A stretch of DNA of 61,791 nucleotides, filler included, from Choristocarpus tenellus KU-1152 (GCA_964200185.2; 10 parts of 10 records of this genome joined end to end with filler, not necessarily neighbours in it), one strand, 5' to 3'; shown: positions 39,501 through 52,641, numbered from the whole stretch's first letter. The notes: generated by a model from the sequence alone, not told the origin. Numbers and translations are program-made.

Positions 39501-40350
39501 GTTAGAACCATGGATACAATTTAAAGCCATTGCTCCGAAAAATCCCTAATAGAACGTTTTCAAGTCCCAAGTATTGTGGCCCCTGGTGCTATTTGCACTC
39601 TTCTTGTGCTCCACTTTGGGCATGCTGTTCTACAACTGTACAGCAGCACAAGGGGGGCGTATGTTCTTTAGTGGTTTTTCTGTAGTGCTTTGCTATCCAC
39701 TCCTACCCTGTGTGTTCTGTCTGGTCCAGCCCTTGAAACGTCTCTCCTCCCTGCTTTCCCTGGGAATAATGAATGATGAATAGGAAGAGGAGATGAGTGA
39801 AAATCAGTATTTTGGTACTAATAGAATGTCTACTAAGTACTCCATCAAGTCAATTGATGCATGCTCCTGGTAATGTCCCTTACCCCCTCCAATTTTTGGG
39901 TTTTTTCTGTTTTGGAAGCACTGATCTAGTACCACTTACCTTAACCCTACCTACCTGCCTTGACCTCTAATGCAACATGCTCCTTGGCGTCAGGTATCAA
40001 TTCACTTCCACCGAAAAATCGAGGGCCTTGATGTCAGCTCAAGGGAGGAGTTATCTCACCGTGTGAGACAGGAAATGCTCCAGGCTCTGCAGATTCCCAA
40101 CCCTGAGGCTGGGACATCCCTGAGTCCTACGCAACGTTTAAAGTGCATTTCCGCATCTTTGGTCACCTACTGGGCCATGCTTCACATGATCATGACTTTC
40201 ATCAACCTCTCAAGATGTGAAGGTATCTCTGTGTGGGGGCTTATAGCTGGGGCTCTGGGATACTCTGTAGCAGCTACTCTGTTTGTGTACTTCGTCTATG
40301 CCAGGAGGAGCTTTGGAGGTGGGGCCCGAATGGTGGCTAAGACTAAGTAG
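36585..40350 (+). CDS. 1-acyl-sn-glycerol-3-phosphate acyltransferase (LPAAT/PlsC family)
   Basis: Exons 36585-36809, 37047-37170, 37413-37723, 38123-38215, 38628-38732, 39078-39185 and 39994-40350. Motifs: SHTSTMD (HX4D), GVPINR, APEGTRS, FKKG, PIIPVTI. Confidence 0.9.
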
Positions 40351-43300
40351 TGGCAGATCTGAACAAGGACTAATGTCCTGTGAGATGCCGATTTGATTTA
40401 GATATTTTGGGTTTGATGGGGAGTGAAAGGAGAATGACTGATTGGCCACTACTTCTATATATCTCAGTTTCTGCAGGAGATTCAAAATGCAAGCCGAGAT
40501 AGAACATTTCATCTCCACCTTGAACAAGGTTACCCTCTGAGGCTCAACCTTAAGAGCTGGGGCCCAAGCACAGTGTGTGCAGGCTAAGTGTGAGGATGGT
40601 TGAGGGGATACGGGGGGTGGGGACAGCATACAGGGCGGACTGGACAGAGGTCTTGCTGGATGTGTGTGCGTGTGTGTGCATGTGACATAGAAGCATCCAG
40701 TATTTGGGATGAAAGTAAGGAAGATTATGGATCTTACCATTGGATGTTGTCTTGGGGTTGATGGCAATCAGAGGTGGAAAATGTTTAGTGTCTACTTGTG
40801 GAATTATGGTAATAATCCATTGGCTGGTAGGTGACTTGGGTCTCTTGATGAGGTATGAGGGGGAATCCTGGTTGTTTGGTGAGTTTAAGTGCGGATGGTG
40901 AGGTTTGCTCCAGTGCAGCTGAGTCACAGCAGATAAACTGGATATACTGGAGTACAATCCAAGGAGGCGTGATTGGTGATGGAACCACTTGTTATTCTCA
41001 TAGAGGAAGGGTGTGTGTAATGGGTGTGACTGAAGAGAGAACAAGAAGCAGGTGGGTGGTTTAGGAAATATTATGTAGTAGGAGACAAGTGGGTTGGGAT
41101 GCCATGGATTTTACTGTTTTGTGCTAATATGTGTGCAAGCAAGGGAAGAGGGTGCATGTAATTTGAGTGTTCTGCTGCATGATGTACCTGTTGGCATTCT
41201 GTGCAAATTCGTCTTTCCACATTACCTATTATCATTGAACTTTCAGGGGATTGAGTTTTTTCGTGGGTCTGCATGAAGTCCGTGCTCCACCCCTCCCCCA
41301 AAATTCGTTTATATTGGTTTCTTAGTAGAGGATCATTTTTTTATACTTGTGGTCACTGGCTAGGAGGAGGGATTCAGAAGCAACTATGGGGTCATCGAAG
41401 GTACAGCAGCTTTATTTGTTGCTGTTCCGTTTTGGAACATAGCAGGAGTGAGTCGCCTTGTTCCTTGTATAGTGGAAAGGCGGGGACATTATTGTCTTTT
41501 GAAGATTTTGGTGTGTCCATCAGTTTTTTGTGTGCGAGTTTGTTCTGTACCACTCCTGCCCATGTACAGAGACTGTCCTGGTGCTGCACCATTTCCTGCC
41601 ATGTACTTTCCTCTCGAGATCAGGGAGTCTGGAGATGGCAGTGTTTGACAGACGCAAGTGATGTTGATGTAATGGTTGACAGAAGTCAGTTTAGTTTTTT
41701 TTCGAGAATAGTTTGTTGTAAGGAAGCATGATACAGCGTGCATGTTGGAAAGTGTATGATATTGGGGTGTGTTAAGGCTAATGGCACACGTATCTACCTG
41801 AGCCCCTGTTGCTAAGATTTGGCAGAAGGAGAGTGAAATTATTACAATTGCTGTCACGTCTCTGACGTTTCTCTTCAGAGGGAGTTTTTGGGGGGTTTTT
41901 GTTGCAAAACGTCCCAACGATAACTTTATTTCATGAATGTTCAAGGCTATCCAATCTCACACCCAACTGTCTTCTAACCGTTTTGCCGTAGAAGTGGTCA
42001 ATAGGATTTAAAGTACCTCTTTCTGATCACCTTTCCAATGAAACAGTCCTAGGGGTCCCACCTAGTTCTTGCACTCTGAAAGATTGAGGCAGCAGGTATC
42101 TGTCATAATCATTGCAATAAGTAACCTATCTTCTACGTCAGAGTGTATTGGGTAAAATATGTAATTGGCAATGCTACTGTACATCCCTCTGCAACAGTGG
42201 AAACTGGTGTTACACTTCTGTTGTGTGTATTAATACAAGAATATAACACAGTTTGACAGTTTCATGCGTTTATGTCATGTTTGGTACAACACATTGTAGT
42301 ATCGTACATACCAGTATGATGAATCAGTCTTTGCTCGTACATAGGGTCGTAGCCAACAAAAATAGGAAACCCATCACATAAAGAATGATCACCGTATGTT
42401 CATCATATAACCCAGGAGTAGCTCTTGACGCCGAGCCTTTGAAGCTTTTATCAACAGATGCAGCTGCAATTATTCTATATAGGAGTTTAGAGTGTTAGGC
42501 TTAGCAGGCAAGCGATACACAATGGAACCTGGCGGAAGTTGAATCAAAACAGTGGGAAACGCGATACATGTACCTTCGTTGTGGACCGGAGCTTTCTGAG
42601 CGAGTACAAACCAGATTCAAAGGTGTAGGGGGGATTGACAGCTTGTGAGATGCCTGAACTCACGACACGAGAAATAAGGTACGCATGGAGGCCGTGCATT
42701 GAGAATGGAGAAGGAAGCCGAGAAACCTCAGCAGAGGAGGGGACGTCCCGAACGTCTAGCGGAGCAGAGGATGAAGCTTCAGGAACGTGGAGGTCTACGG
42801 GTGAAACTCGAAACGAAGAAGCCACTCTATGTACCTATAATATTCGCACAATAACAGGAACCTTTTGAACGGGGTGGGACATGAGGATACGATTCTGGTA
42901 CTAGCCAATTGCAGTTAGCCTTCAGGAGACAAGTTCAGGAGGAACTCGTCTCCTACAGTTGCTGGATCTTTCTACTCGGTTGTAGGGACGACGATGGAGT
43001 GGGAAGACAACGTGTGTGACTGACAGTGAAGTGGTGGTTTGGATGGGAAGAATATTGTGAGCAAGAGCGTAACAGTGACCGACTGATGAAAGTTAGAATT
43101 CCCCTAAAATGCAGTTCGAGTGCGGTAACGTTCGTTCATGGTAGGGTATGCTAGAGTAGAAAGGCTCAGCACTATTCGCTCTTTAACGGCCGTTGCCTTG
43201 GATGATCCCTACTTGGGGCCACTTGCTCTGTAACATTCTCTGTCAACGACAATGCCCAGCGTCGTTCGGTCTGTAACATACATTATTCACCAGAGTCGAG

Positions 43301-43964
43301 GACAACATATGTTCTATTAGCACACGTTATTCAGAACTGGGACTATTCACTCCACAATTTAATAGAAAGCAGCAAAAGCCAACTCATTTGAGAGGTAGGC
43401 AGGTTTGGACCCTTTATAGGAAGGGATGAATTGTAACAGAAGTTGGGAACTTACCACAGAAGAAAGGTGTAACGTCTGTCAGCAAGGGAGAGTAGATGCA
43501 AAGTATAGTTAGTCATGCTCAGTTTTTCGAATTAGGTGAAATAGAAAAAGAGTTCACTGTGGAACTTGAACTACTATAGTCTTGGAAACTCATGTTTTTT
43601 ACCTTTATCGCACCCCATCAGCATGGTTTTTGTGATGATATAATAATACGAAAAGGAGGCGAACTCGCTACGAGAAATTCGTACGAATTCCTGTATCTTT
43701 TCAGTATGCGACCTACATCCTTTCAGGGCTTCGCTTTTTTCTTCAGTCGTTGTAGGTTGGGCATACATATACAGCGGGTGTGTTTCGTGGACATAGTTGT
43801 GCACTCTCATCATACATACATATCATCTGAAAAATCAAACCAAGATGAACAGTGGCATCTTCCTGGCTTGTACTGTATTGTAATCAACAATAATGTCCAT
43901 GTTTTATTTTAGAGTAGAAATGGAACTGATCGGTATTATTGGAACAACTTCTCATTCTTGTGCA

Positions 43965-44600
43965 GGCTCAAAGTATCTGGGGGGGGGGGGGGGGGGATAC
44001 ATGCAAGGCAGGCAAAANNNNNNNNNNAAGAAAAAAATATGTTTTTATGAGTTTTGAGAGAAATCTTTTTTTGTTTGGCGCTTCCATAGTTGGGGGGGGG
44101 GGGGGGGGGGGGGGGGCGCCTGTCCATTTGCGGTCGATTTTTGAATGTCGTGATTTTTCGGTGATTTGGTTGCGTACGGCCGATGGACAATGAAAATGCA
44201 TTTTTCCTGATTTTGGCCCAAATGGACACCCTGGTGTAGACCCCCCCTCCCCCCCCAGATACTTTGGGTTGCACACACGCACATATTGCACACACACACA
44301 CACACACACACATGTAATCATTCATCATGTAGGCTAAACATTGTTGAAATCTGTATGGTGCCTAGCGAGTATTCTGGACTGCAGTCAGCAAGTTTCAAGT
44401 GAGGATAAAAATAAATCCGTGGGGGAGGTTCAAAGTATCTGGGGGGTGGGTGGGTGCTGTCCATTTGGGGTCAACTTTTTCATGTCGCGATTGTTGAGTG
44501 ATTTGGTTACATACGTTGAATGGAAAATGTAAGTGCACTTTTCCTGGTTTGGGGCCAAATTGACACCCTGGTGTAGACTGCCCCCCCCCCCCCCCCCCGC
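43965..44600. mobile_element. Cluster of MITE subfamily A copies
   Basis: TIR ends at 43965 (ggctcaaagtatct), 44265 (agatactttg) and 44427 (ggttcaaagtatct), with the conserved interior. Confidence 0.75.
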
Positions 44601-45049
44601 CCACACTTCAAGAAAAAGAAAGCAAGAAANNNNNNNNNNNNNNNNNNNNNNNNNNNNNNNNNNNNNNNNNNNNTTAATTAATTAANNNNNNNNNNNNNNN
44701 NNNNNNNNNNNNNNNNNNNNNNNNNNNNNATCCTCATAGTCCCGCGCCATCCTCAATTTTGCGAATCCCCTGTTAGGTGGATGAAGAATGGAGTCAAACA
44801 CTTCATGGACGTTACGCATACTATCCACACGTTGCCGCACAAAAGTGGCGAAGGTTGCCATATAATGTGACACTTCCTGCTGTGTTTTGGGTCCGTAATG
44901 GGATCGAGCCTAGAATTTCCTAATAGAACTGGTGGTGGTACATGAGAGCTTCAGGTGGGTGTATGGGACTAGGCCAAGTATCTCTCATATTTGACTGTGC
45001 ATGGATTTGCTACTTTTATTATGTTCACCTTAGTCTGGGACTATCTGAA

Positions 45050-47102
45050 CCCGTGTTAAAACATAGGCTACTCATCGTTTGCGTACTTGATATGATACAG
45101 AATTACCAGGTCATACTAACTGTTGATTCGCAGATCAGTATTGATAGGTAGTCACATTTACGTCGTTAGCACCCCATCATAGCATCATCAACTACTGTTA
45201 GAACATTATGGTGCATAGGAAGTATAGAACAGTCGTTATCTGTCAAACATCAAGAATAGTATGTGACATGAATTTTCCCAGATATAATTCAAGTTTGACT
45301 CTTTGTTTTTCTTTCAATCTTAACACCAGAGCCATCAGTTTCCCATCTCATATGTTCATTATTCTCTTTCTGGTTGGCATTGCCCCCTTTCTAAGACTTC
45401 GAGTACACACTCTGCACGAAATATAGCTCTACACATCAGGATGATCGTATTCAGAGTCAAAACATGGTCAAAAACCCTTCTTCACAAGGTTCAAAGCTTT
45501 TACTCATAGCGTGCACTTCTTCCATTGGGCGTCTCCAGGAACTACTCACAACATCATGCCAAATAACTTCAGACTATGAACATTTTCTCACTGGGTTTGT
45601 CACCATGAATTCACCTGGTCCTTCATTACACTATGACACCCCTTCGCCACAACTAACCTCCCCAGCCTAACTTCCCCTAACCCTTACCCCGACCCTTTGC
45701 CCTAGGCCCATACACAAACCACCAACCAAGACGAACCCTATTGTCCAATATCCGTCCCTGTGACACCCTCGACCTTCACATCATGCTAACCAAACCCTAA
45801 CCCTAACCCTAATGATAGAAAAAATCCTAACCTGAACACAAAAGTAACCTTAAATGAAAACAATGGTGTATTTTTAGTGTTATTCATGAAAATACAAATC
45901 TGAACAAGAAATTAAACCAAAACAAAAACATAGTGCATTGCTAACGAACCCTAACCTAACCCAAGTTTAACGCTCACCCTAACCCAATATACAAACAACA
46001 GTGTATATTTTTAAGCGTTATTCATCAAAACCCAAGTCTTAACACAAAACCAAAATAGAAAAATATTATATTTTTAACTTGCTAAACCATAAAACCAACT
46101 CTAGACACAAAAGTAAACAAAAATAATATCAAGTATTTTGCGTTGTTCATGATAACGCAACGGCAACAGACCATCACCACCAACCCTTTTCCAAAACATT
46201 GAAAATCCGACACATGCATGCAAATCACCCAAAATCGCCATTTTGAAAAAAGGACACAAAACGGACGCCCGACCCCCCCCCCCCAAGATACTTTGGCCCA
46301 CACCACGTAACTGAACTCAAGATATAATGCTGGTGAAGGCTGAGATCAAACCTATCGAGGATACTTGTTCGTGTTCTGGTTGATTGACACTTAGGGTGGT
46401 TGAACGGAACATTCTTTTTGATCGAGATATGCATATTCTTAGTTGACGGTGTATATATCTTTATCTGTGAAGATCATCAGACACTCGTAAACAAATCTAA
46501 TATAGTCAGAAGCATTTCTTGAGCGGTTTCACCCTAGAGGACAGCAGGTAGTTGTAAGGAGAATCATAGAAACTGAGAGGTAGGCAGCTTTGATATTTTA
46601 GGATGAAGAGAAAGGGTAAAAATGTGTCCTTTTGTACAGTTGCTGAAAGAGCCTTTGCTGAAGTGTGGTGTCGATTCGTATGTGGAAAGGGGAATGAGAC
46701 AACCAATTGAGAATTAGGCAGGTTTGGACCCTCTAAGGTATCTTTTTCCCCCGGTGTAATCCAATTCATTTCAGTCATATATGTGCACAATCGTGTATGC
46801 AAAGGTGATACTCCCCGTTCAACACACACAGTGACATCACAATTTGAGCCAAAGTATCTTAGAAGGACAATTCATGCCACACAAACATACTATGCTTGAT
46901 GTTTGACAGATGTCGACTGTTCCATACTTCCTATCCACCATCATGTTCTAATAATAGTAGTCGATGATACTATGATGATGTACTAACGATGTAAATACGA
47001 CTAACGATCAGTACCGATGTGCGAATCAACAGCCAAGCATGAACTGGTAGTACTGTATCAACATCAAGTACACAAAATATGAGTAACCATGATTTAACAC
47101 AC
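45050..47102. repeat. Pair of ~230-bp diverged inverted repeats (45050-45272 and 46868-47102)
   Basis: For example, atctgtcaaacatcaagaatagtatgt pairs with acatactatgcttgatgtttgacagat, and ctgttgattcgca with tgcgaatcaacag. The right copy is preceded by GAGCCAAAGTATCTT at 46847. Confidence 0.75.
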
Positions 47103-47120
47103 AGGCACGCACAGCCCCAC

Positions 47121-47209
47121 TGTTGAAACTTTAATAAACCCTCGTGCTACCGAGAAGGTAGTCAACTGACTACCTTATGGTAGCACAGGGGGTTATCAAA
47201 GATGTAACA
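47121..47209. repeat. Near-palindromic hairpin/MITE with ~43-bp arms and almost no spacer
   Basis: tgttgaaactttaataaaccctcgtgctaccgagaaggtagtca-ac-tgactaccttatggtagcacagggggttatcaaagatgtaaca. Confidence 0.75.
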
Positions 47210-47379
47210 CTATTGCCATGGGGTCGAATCTCGGCATGGTTACATGGTTGCACATATGTCAAAAGGCAACACACGCCGCCAGGATACGCGACGTCAAGTT
47301 AGTCCCTGATTAGAGGGATAGCAACCCTCGGTCAAAACCTCGACGAGTCTAACAGCTTGCGATCCTGGGGATTAGTTTT

Positions 47380-47514
47380 TGTTGGAATTTTAGCAAACCC
47401 CTGTTCTACCGAGAAAGTAGTCAGTGCGCCGATCTCAGACTCGAAGGACATCTTCACGGCGGTGGAGGGCAGACTGCTTTATCGGTAGCACAGGGGTTTA
47501 CTAAAGTTACAACA
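47380..47514. repeat. Second copy of the ~43-bp-TIR element, with a ~50-bp spacer
   Basis: tgttggaattttagcaaacccctgttctaccgagaaagtagtc ... gactgctttatcggtagcacaggggtttactaaagttacaaca. Confidence 0.75.
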
Positions 47515-48067
47515 CCCACCCTGTGCCATTTCTGCCAGCCCTGCCGAAAAACCAGTGCTGGCGATTGCTGGAGCTTTATGGTGATTTTCTTCGGATACAG
47601 GAGACCACACAGCCCTTCCCCTGTCCCTCAACCCCTGGTGGTGATCCAGCACTAATGTGGCAGATCGGAGGGGTAAACAGTGCTAGTCTGCTTATGAACA
47701 TCGGCCGCTGAGGGTACAAAGTGCAGGCCTAGTGAAATATCCCCCGAAACATACTCGTCTGCCCTGTGTGTGTGGCATTGGGTGCAAACAAAGGCAAGTG
47801 CCCAAGAACCGTCTCTCTCAGTAGTAGACTGAACCGTTCATCTTGCCAAAAAATGTGAACAGATTGCGCGACTTGCCGTCGTTCGATCAGGGTGCGACAG
47901 CGACCAAAAACAAAACCTGAGTCTGTCCTGCAACAGACCAGTAGTCAGTAGGTAGGTACATAACATAGCAAAGTTAGAAGAGGCACGCCAATCTCTTTCA
48001 GTGCGAGGTCTTCTCCGTCTCTGATATCAGGTAAAACGTTCAAAAGGAAAAGAAGCATCCAAATATA

Positions 48068-48511
48068 TTTTATTATTACACCCTTTGACATTTTGACACG
48101 TGCGAGGGGAAAAACCAATGAAAACTGTTCACATGTCAGAAAAATAAATAAGAAAATCTTGCCTTGAAGGAGATGTTACGAATAGATGTTTCCCTACCTC
48201 CTCACCCTAGGGTGCAGGAATAGGTAGGTTAGAGATACATAACAGCCGATTTCAAAAATTGAGGATGGAGCTTTTCATTGAGGATGGGCTTGACCCAAAA
48301 TTGACTGGGATAAAGCGTTCATTACCATAATGTAAAATCGGCTGTTAAAGGAAGGTAGTGGTACAACAAAGGTGGTAGTAAAATAGCAAATCAATGTTTT
48401 TCATATTTGTGACAATTATTACTTCTTTAGGGATTTTTCTGACATATGAATAATTTTCATTAGTCTTTCTCCTAGCACATCTCCAAAATGTGTTAGGGCA
48501 TAATAATAAAA
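48068..48511. mobile_element. Non-autonomous TIR element with ~75-bp imperfect TIRs
   Basis: Left end ttttattattacaccctttgacattttgacacgtgc...atgtcagaaaa; the right end's reverse complement is ttttattattatgccctaacacattttggagatgtgc...atgtcagaaaa. Confidence 0.75.
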
Positions 48512-49860
48512 ATAATAATATGATAGTAGTAGTTGTATATTCTAGTAAAGTACGGTATGAACAACATGTGAATAAAAATCTGCAAACTTTAGGGCGGAGT
48601 TTTGAAATGTGAGGTGATATGAGGAGGGGTGCCGAGTGGTGGAGGATGGTACGGTACCACGGTACTGTTACATGCGNNNNNNNNNNNNNNNNNNNNNNNN
48701 NNNNNNNNNNNNNNNNNNNNTTAATTAATTAANNNNNNNNNNNNNNNNNNNNNNNNNNNNNNNNNNNNNNNNNNNNTGCAATTATTTTCCCCCCCACCCA
48801 CAAGAGATCACTACACGCACCATAAGCAATGGTGATTTCATTCAGGAAATTAACACTTTTTTTTGGTCTTATTTAGAGTCAATTTGACGGATAGGTCTTA
48901 AGCACTAAAAATAAATGCCGATTATTGTTCGATTTATTTGCAAGTACACAAAACAGCTTACTGCTGGGCATGCTCAGTTCACTAAGCACAAATAACCTTA
49001 CGAGAGTCCACAGTGCCAACAGGAATGGATGAGTATTGGCAAGCTATTATTTAATCATTTGGTAGACATTTTCATTGAATTTTTATGAAAGGTTCAGTGT
49101 CATATAGATGATGAGGCTATCAGTCTATCTCCAGTACTTGTCCGACGTTGGTGTGCAATTACAAGTACCGTAAGAATGAACCAGTCCCTAGATCCACTAC
49201 TTCGAAGTATAGCGCTGCATGTAAATCGACCAGGACTTGATATCAATGAGTAATTGCTCGCCACGAAACTGTATTGAATGAGCCTGAGTCGTTGCTGGTT
49301 GTTGCAGCAGCATATCTGCTGTGTATGACATAGGGTTAGAGTTAGGGTGTGCCTTGAGACAGAGCCTCCCACTATGTTACAGATTGTATAGGGTCTAGAG
49401 GTTATTGACCGAATTATGCTCTCCCCAATACTGCTGAATTAGGGTTAGGGTTAGCATTTGCTACGATTCATCAGCAGGAGCTAGTACTCGTGTGTCTTGA
49501 TGGTTGATTACTCCACATTGCATGCAGAGCTACTATTATTGTAAGGAGCAGACTAGTACAGAATGTTCGGAGTGCAGTAGTTTTTTTTCATGTTTGTTTT
49601 ATTTGCTCAATTATTGGGTGAGGTTAACCTAGCCCCTCCCATGCATTTTCAGACGCACAGGAAAGCAAAAACAGGTGGCGTTAAGAGGGTGTATAAAACG
49701 TAGCCTAACTCAAAATTTGTACTTTATTGGGGTACCCTAACCCTTGCTCCCCATGATCCTTCATCACTGAAACGTTCGTACCTCAAGTAGCATGTGAATA
49801 TTTTTGTCTCCCACATTCATCATTTTGAACTATGCAGCAGACAACATACGAGTACGAAGA

Positions 49861-50124
49861 GAGTCAAAGTATCTTAGGGTTGGGGTAGAGCCACATCCAT
49901 TTGGGGGTCAGAATCCAACGATGCGATTTTGATTTAATTTTGGCTATCGCGTTTGTTAGGAAGTGTCAAGATCTATGTTTCGGACACACTTTTTCATAAC
50001 GTAGACATTTTTCCTACTCCTAAACACTTTGGAATTGGAAAATGTAATAAAAAAACCTCATGGGAAGCCAAGCTTCAAATGGACAAACAGGGCAAATCTT
50101 GTACCCCCCAAGATACCTTCACTC
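49861..50124. mobile_element. MITE subfamily B copy with an apparent 3-bp TSD (AGA)
   Basis: aga|GAGTCAAAGTATCTT ... AAGATACCTTCACTC|aga. Confidence 0.8.
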
Positions 50125-51269
50125 AGAGACAAATCAATCGAGAGGTGGTAGGTTTGGACCCTCTTGCATCTTAAGCCATCTTTCTTACCCTGCGGAATAA
50201 ACTCTATTTCATTGCTCAGGGTTAGCACAATAGTGTACACAAAATTGATATTCCCCCTTTCCACACACAAACTAACACCACAAGTAAGCAAATGTTCTAT
50301 CTGTAATAATTGTACAAAAATTGTCTTTTTGCGCTTTCTCATGGTCCTTAGAATGCAACCCTCCTGCCTCTCAGTTGGTTTGGCTCAAAGTATACATTGG
50401 ACAAGCAGATAGGTTTGGAAATGAACTTAACCCTGAAGTCTAAACAGTTCGACATATTCATCCGTTGCGGCTTATTCATGCATACGACCTGTTTGTTGTG
50501 GTCAGGTTCGGAAGATCTTTGAAGTTGGAGCAATACGATAGTGCGGAATCAAGAAACCTCTGCAGTTTCACATCGTTTTGAAATCCGATAGAATGAACTG
50601 CAACGACAACTAGTGTGTGTAATAGGGCTAGGGTTAGTGCTCGGTATGGCATGACAAAGCATAAAAATATTGGCAGTATGTTTGGAAATCGTTGTATCGA
50701 TCGGGGTAAGTGTATGGCACTATACCTTTCCTCCAACCTCCGATTTCTTAATGGGCGGGAAATCGTATTATTTCCAGATAAGTAGGCAGGCCGATATCTA
50801 AACAACACCCCCAACTTAAAGCACATGCACCCACATTTCTGTAGTGCTTTTGTGGGATACCCATCTCCAGTTCTGCTTCGATTTTGAAGGCCTTGGAGAA
50901 CTTTTTTTTGTGTTTCATTATATAGTTGTTGTGTAGTGGTCCTGTACAATGAGGTGGGAATAGATAAAGGTGTATGCAAAGGTTTCAACAACAAACTCCT
51001 TTGAGATAAGAGCACACACGACAACATGATAAATGAGCAAGTTTCGCACCACTAGTACCGGAGCATTCGAAAACATCGGTCAGAAGCCTATTAGAGCTCT
51101 GCCTTGTGTGCAACGTGATATCACAACCAATGTTGTCCATCTACAAAGCCTGCCTTGCAGACCATCAAGACAATCACTTGTAATCCTCCTGACCCTCATC
51201 TATCCCTCTCACTAGGATTCTGTTAAATTCACCTCGAATCCTAATGCGTCACCAAAGAAACCTCTCTGA

Positions 51270-52316
51270 TTATACAGGCATGTCAAACACCCTCATTGGG
51301 ACACCAACCCCTCGTCCGTGCCCCCCACCCTGGCTTCCACCACTTGACCTCGAGCTGTGTGAGCTAGCCACAGCATCTGACCTAGCTGACGGTGGCCTTG
51401 ATCCTTCCTGCCTCGCTAACCTAGAGGACCTACTATTCCTGGAGGCAGGGCCATGTCCTGGGGGCGCATTGGGCACCCTGAGCCCCCGCTTCTGGAGAAG
51501 GGTGTGTAATGCATCATGCATCTCTGGGAACTCCTTGGCCAGCTGCCCCAGAGTGTACAGTACCCCGCTGGCAGTGTCCCTCAGGGCCCCAGTACGAAAG
51601 GCTTTCTCCGTCAGTGTCTCACGTTTCAATCTCACGTTGTCCTCACTATCAGTGGAAGACGAACCGTTCCTATGAGTCTTCCGAAGGGTTTTCAACTTTT
51701 CTTGCACCTGAGCGAGGATCTCCTTCTGCTCAGCGAGCTCGCCGTCCACCTGCCCGCAGGCCGTCCTGAGGTGTCCGTTCTGTTCCTCCACGTGCGCCAC
51801 CCTTGCCTGAACACCCTCAAGTCGAGCGGTGTCCTCCTCCAGGTCCGTCTGTACACGCTGCAGGTCCTTCTTCCGTCGGAAGAGGGCGTCCTTGGCGATC
51901 TTCGCCTGGCCTTCCAGCTTCGACAGCGCCCTCGCTTCAGTCGACCCCATGTCCGCCTTCTGGAAGCTGACCCGAAAGTCCACGTTCCTGGCGTTGAGGT
52001 GCTGCAAGGTGTTTTCGAGAGCCCTGATCTCCCTCTCACTCTTTCTGATCTCCTGATCCAGCTCGTCTCCCTCGCGTTGGAGCTCCTCCCTCTTCTGCGC
52101 TGCTGCGATGATATAATAGGCCTGCGAACAGCCCCCGCCAACCCCATCGACGCCGTTTACCTCCCCAGTTCCGGCGCCAGCAAAGCTCTTCGCCAGGGTT
52201 TCGTATTTTGCGCGAAGCTTTTCTACCCCTTGGCGTCGGTCCCCGAGCTCCAGCTGAACTCTATGTCGTTCTTCTTCTGCGGCCTTGAGAGCAGCGCGCT
52301 GCAGCTCCCAGTGGAC
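51270..52316 (-). CDS. CCDC39: Coiled-coil domain-containing protein 39 (axonemal ruler), last exon
   Basis: Acceptor ttttgtgtag, then an open 349-codon exon: AEEERHRVQLELGDRRQGVEKLRAKYETL...SQAYYIIAAAQKREELQREGDELDQEIRKSEREIRALENTL, the CCDC39 signature. Confidence 0.9.
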   Translation of the reverse strand, partial: VHWELQRAALKAAEEERHRVQLELGDRRQGVEKLRAKYETLAKSFAGAGTGEVNGVDGVGGGCSQAYYIIAAAQKREELQREGDELDQEIRKSEREIRALENTLQHLNARNVDFRVSFQKADMGSTEARALSKLEGQAKIAKDALFRRKKDLQRVQTDLEEDTARLEGVQARVAHVEEQNGHLRTACGQVDGELAEQKEILAQVQEKLKTLRKTHRNGSSSTDSEDNVRLKRETLTEKAFRTGALRDTASGVLYTLGQLAKEFPEMHDALHTLLQKRGLRVPNAPPGHGPASRNSRSSRLARQEGSRPPSARSDAVASSHSSRSSGGSQGGGHGRGVGVPMRVFDMPV

Positions 52317-52383
52317 CTACACAAAAATACACAACAACAGGAGATCATGAGGGGGCATCGAAAGGAGTGGTAAGGAGGGAGAA

Positions 52384-52641
52384 GAGTGAAAGCACCTTAG
52401 AGGGTACGAGTTTTGCCCTGTTTGTCCATTTGGGGCTTCGCTTCCCATGGGGTTTTTTGTGACATTTTCCTACTCCAAAATGTTTCGGAGTAGGTAAAAT
52501 GTATACGTTATGAAAAGGTGTGTCCAGAGCAAGGATATTGACATCTCCTAACAAACACGAAGGCCAAATTACATCAAAATCGAAGCATTGGATTTTGGTC
52601 CCCAAATGGACGCAGCTCTACCCTCTAAGATACTTTGGCTC
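52384..52641. mobile_element. MITE subfamily B copy (inverted), in the CCDC39 intron
   Basis: Reverse complement of 1541-1797; ends taccctctaagatactttggctc. Confidence 0.8.

Noticed and set aside
28842-40350. Functional gene cluster (Orange-like, cytochrome b561, LPAAT)
   Set aside because: No shared pathway is evident; this looks like an ordinary eukaryotic gene neighbourhood.
42544-42868. Overlapping short ORFs in a purine-rich stretch
   Set aside because: No recognisable motif or convincing exon chain.
43388-50165. Short recurring motif aggcaggtttggaccct (~43398, 46716, 50147)
   Set aside because: Too short to define; probably fragments of an old dispersed repeat.
51244-52373. Long plus-strand ORFs (285 aa and 143 aa)
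   Set aside because: Antisense shadows of the GC-rich CCDC39 exon.
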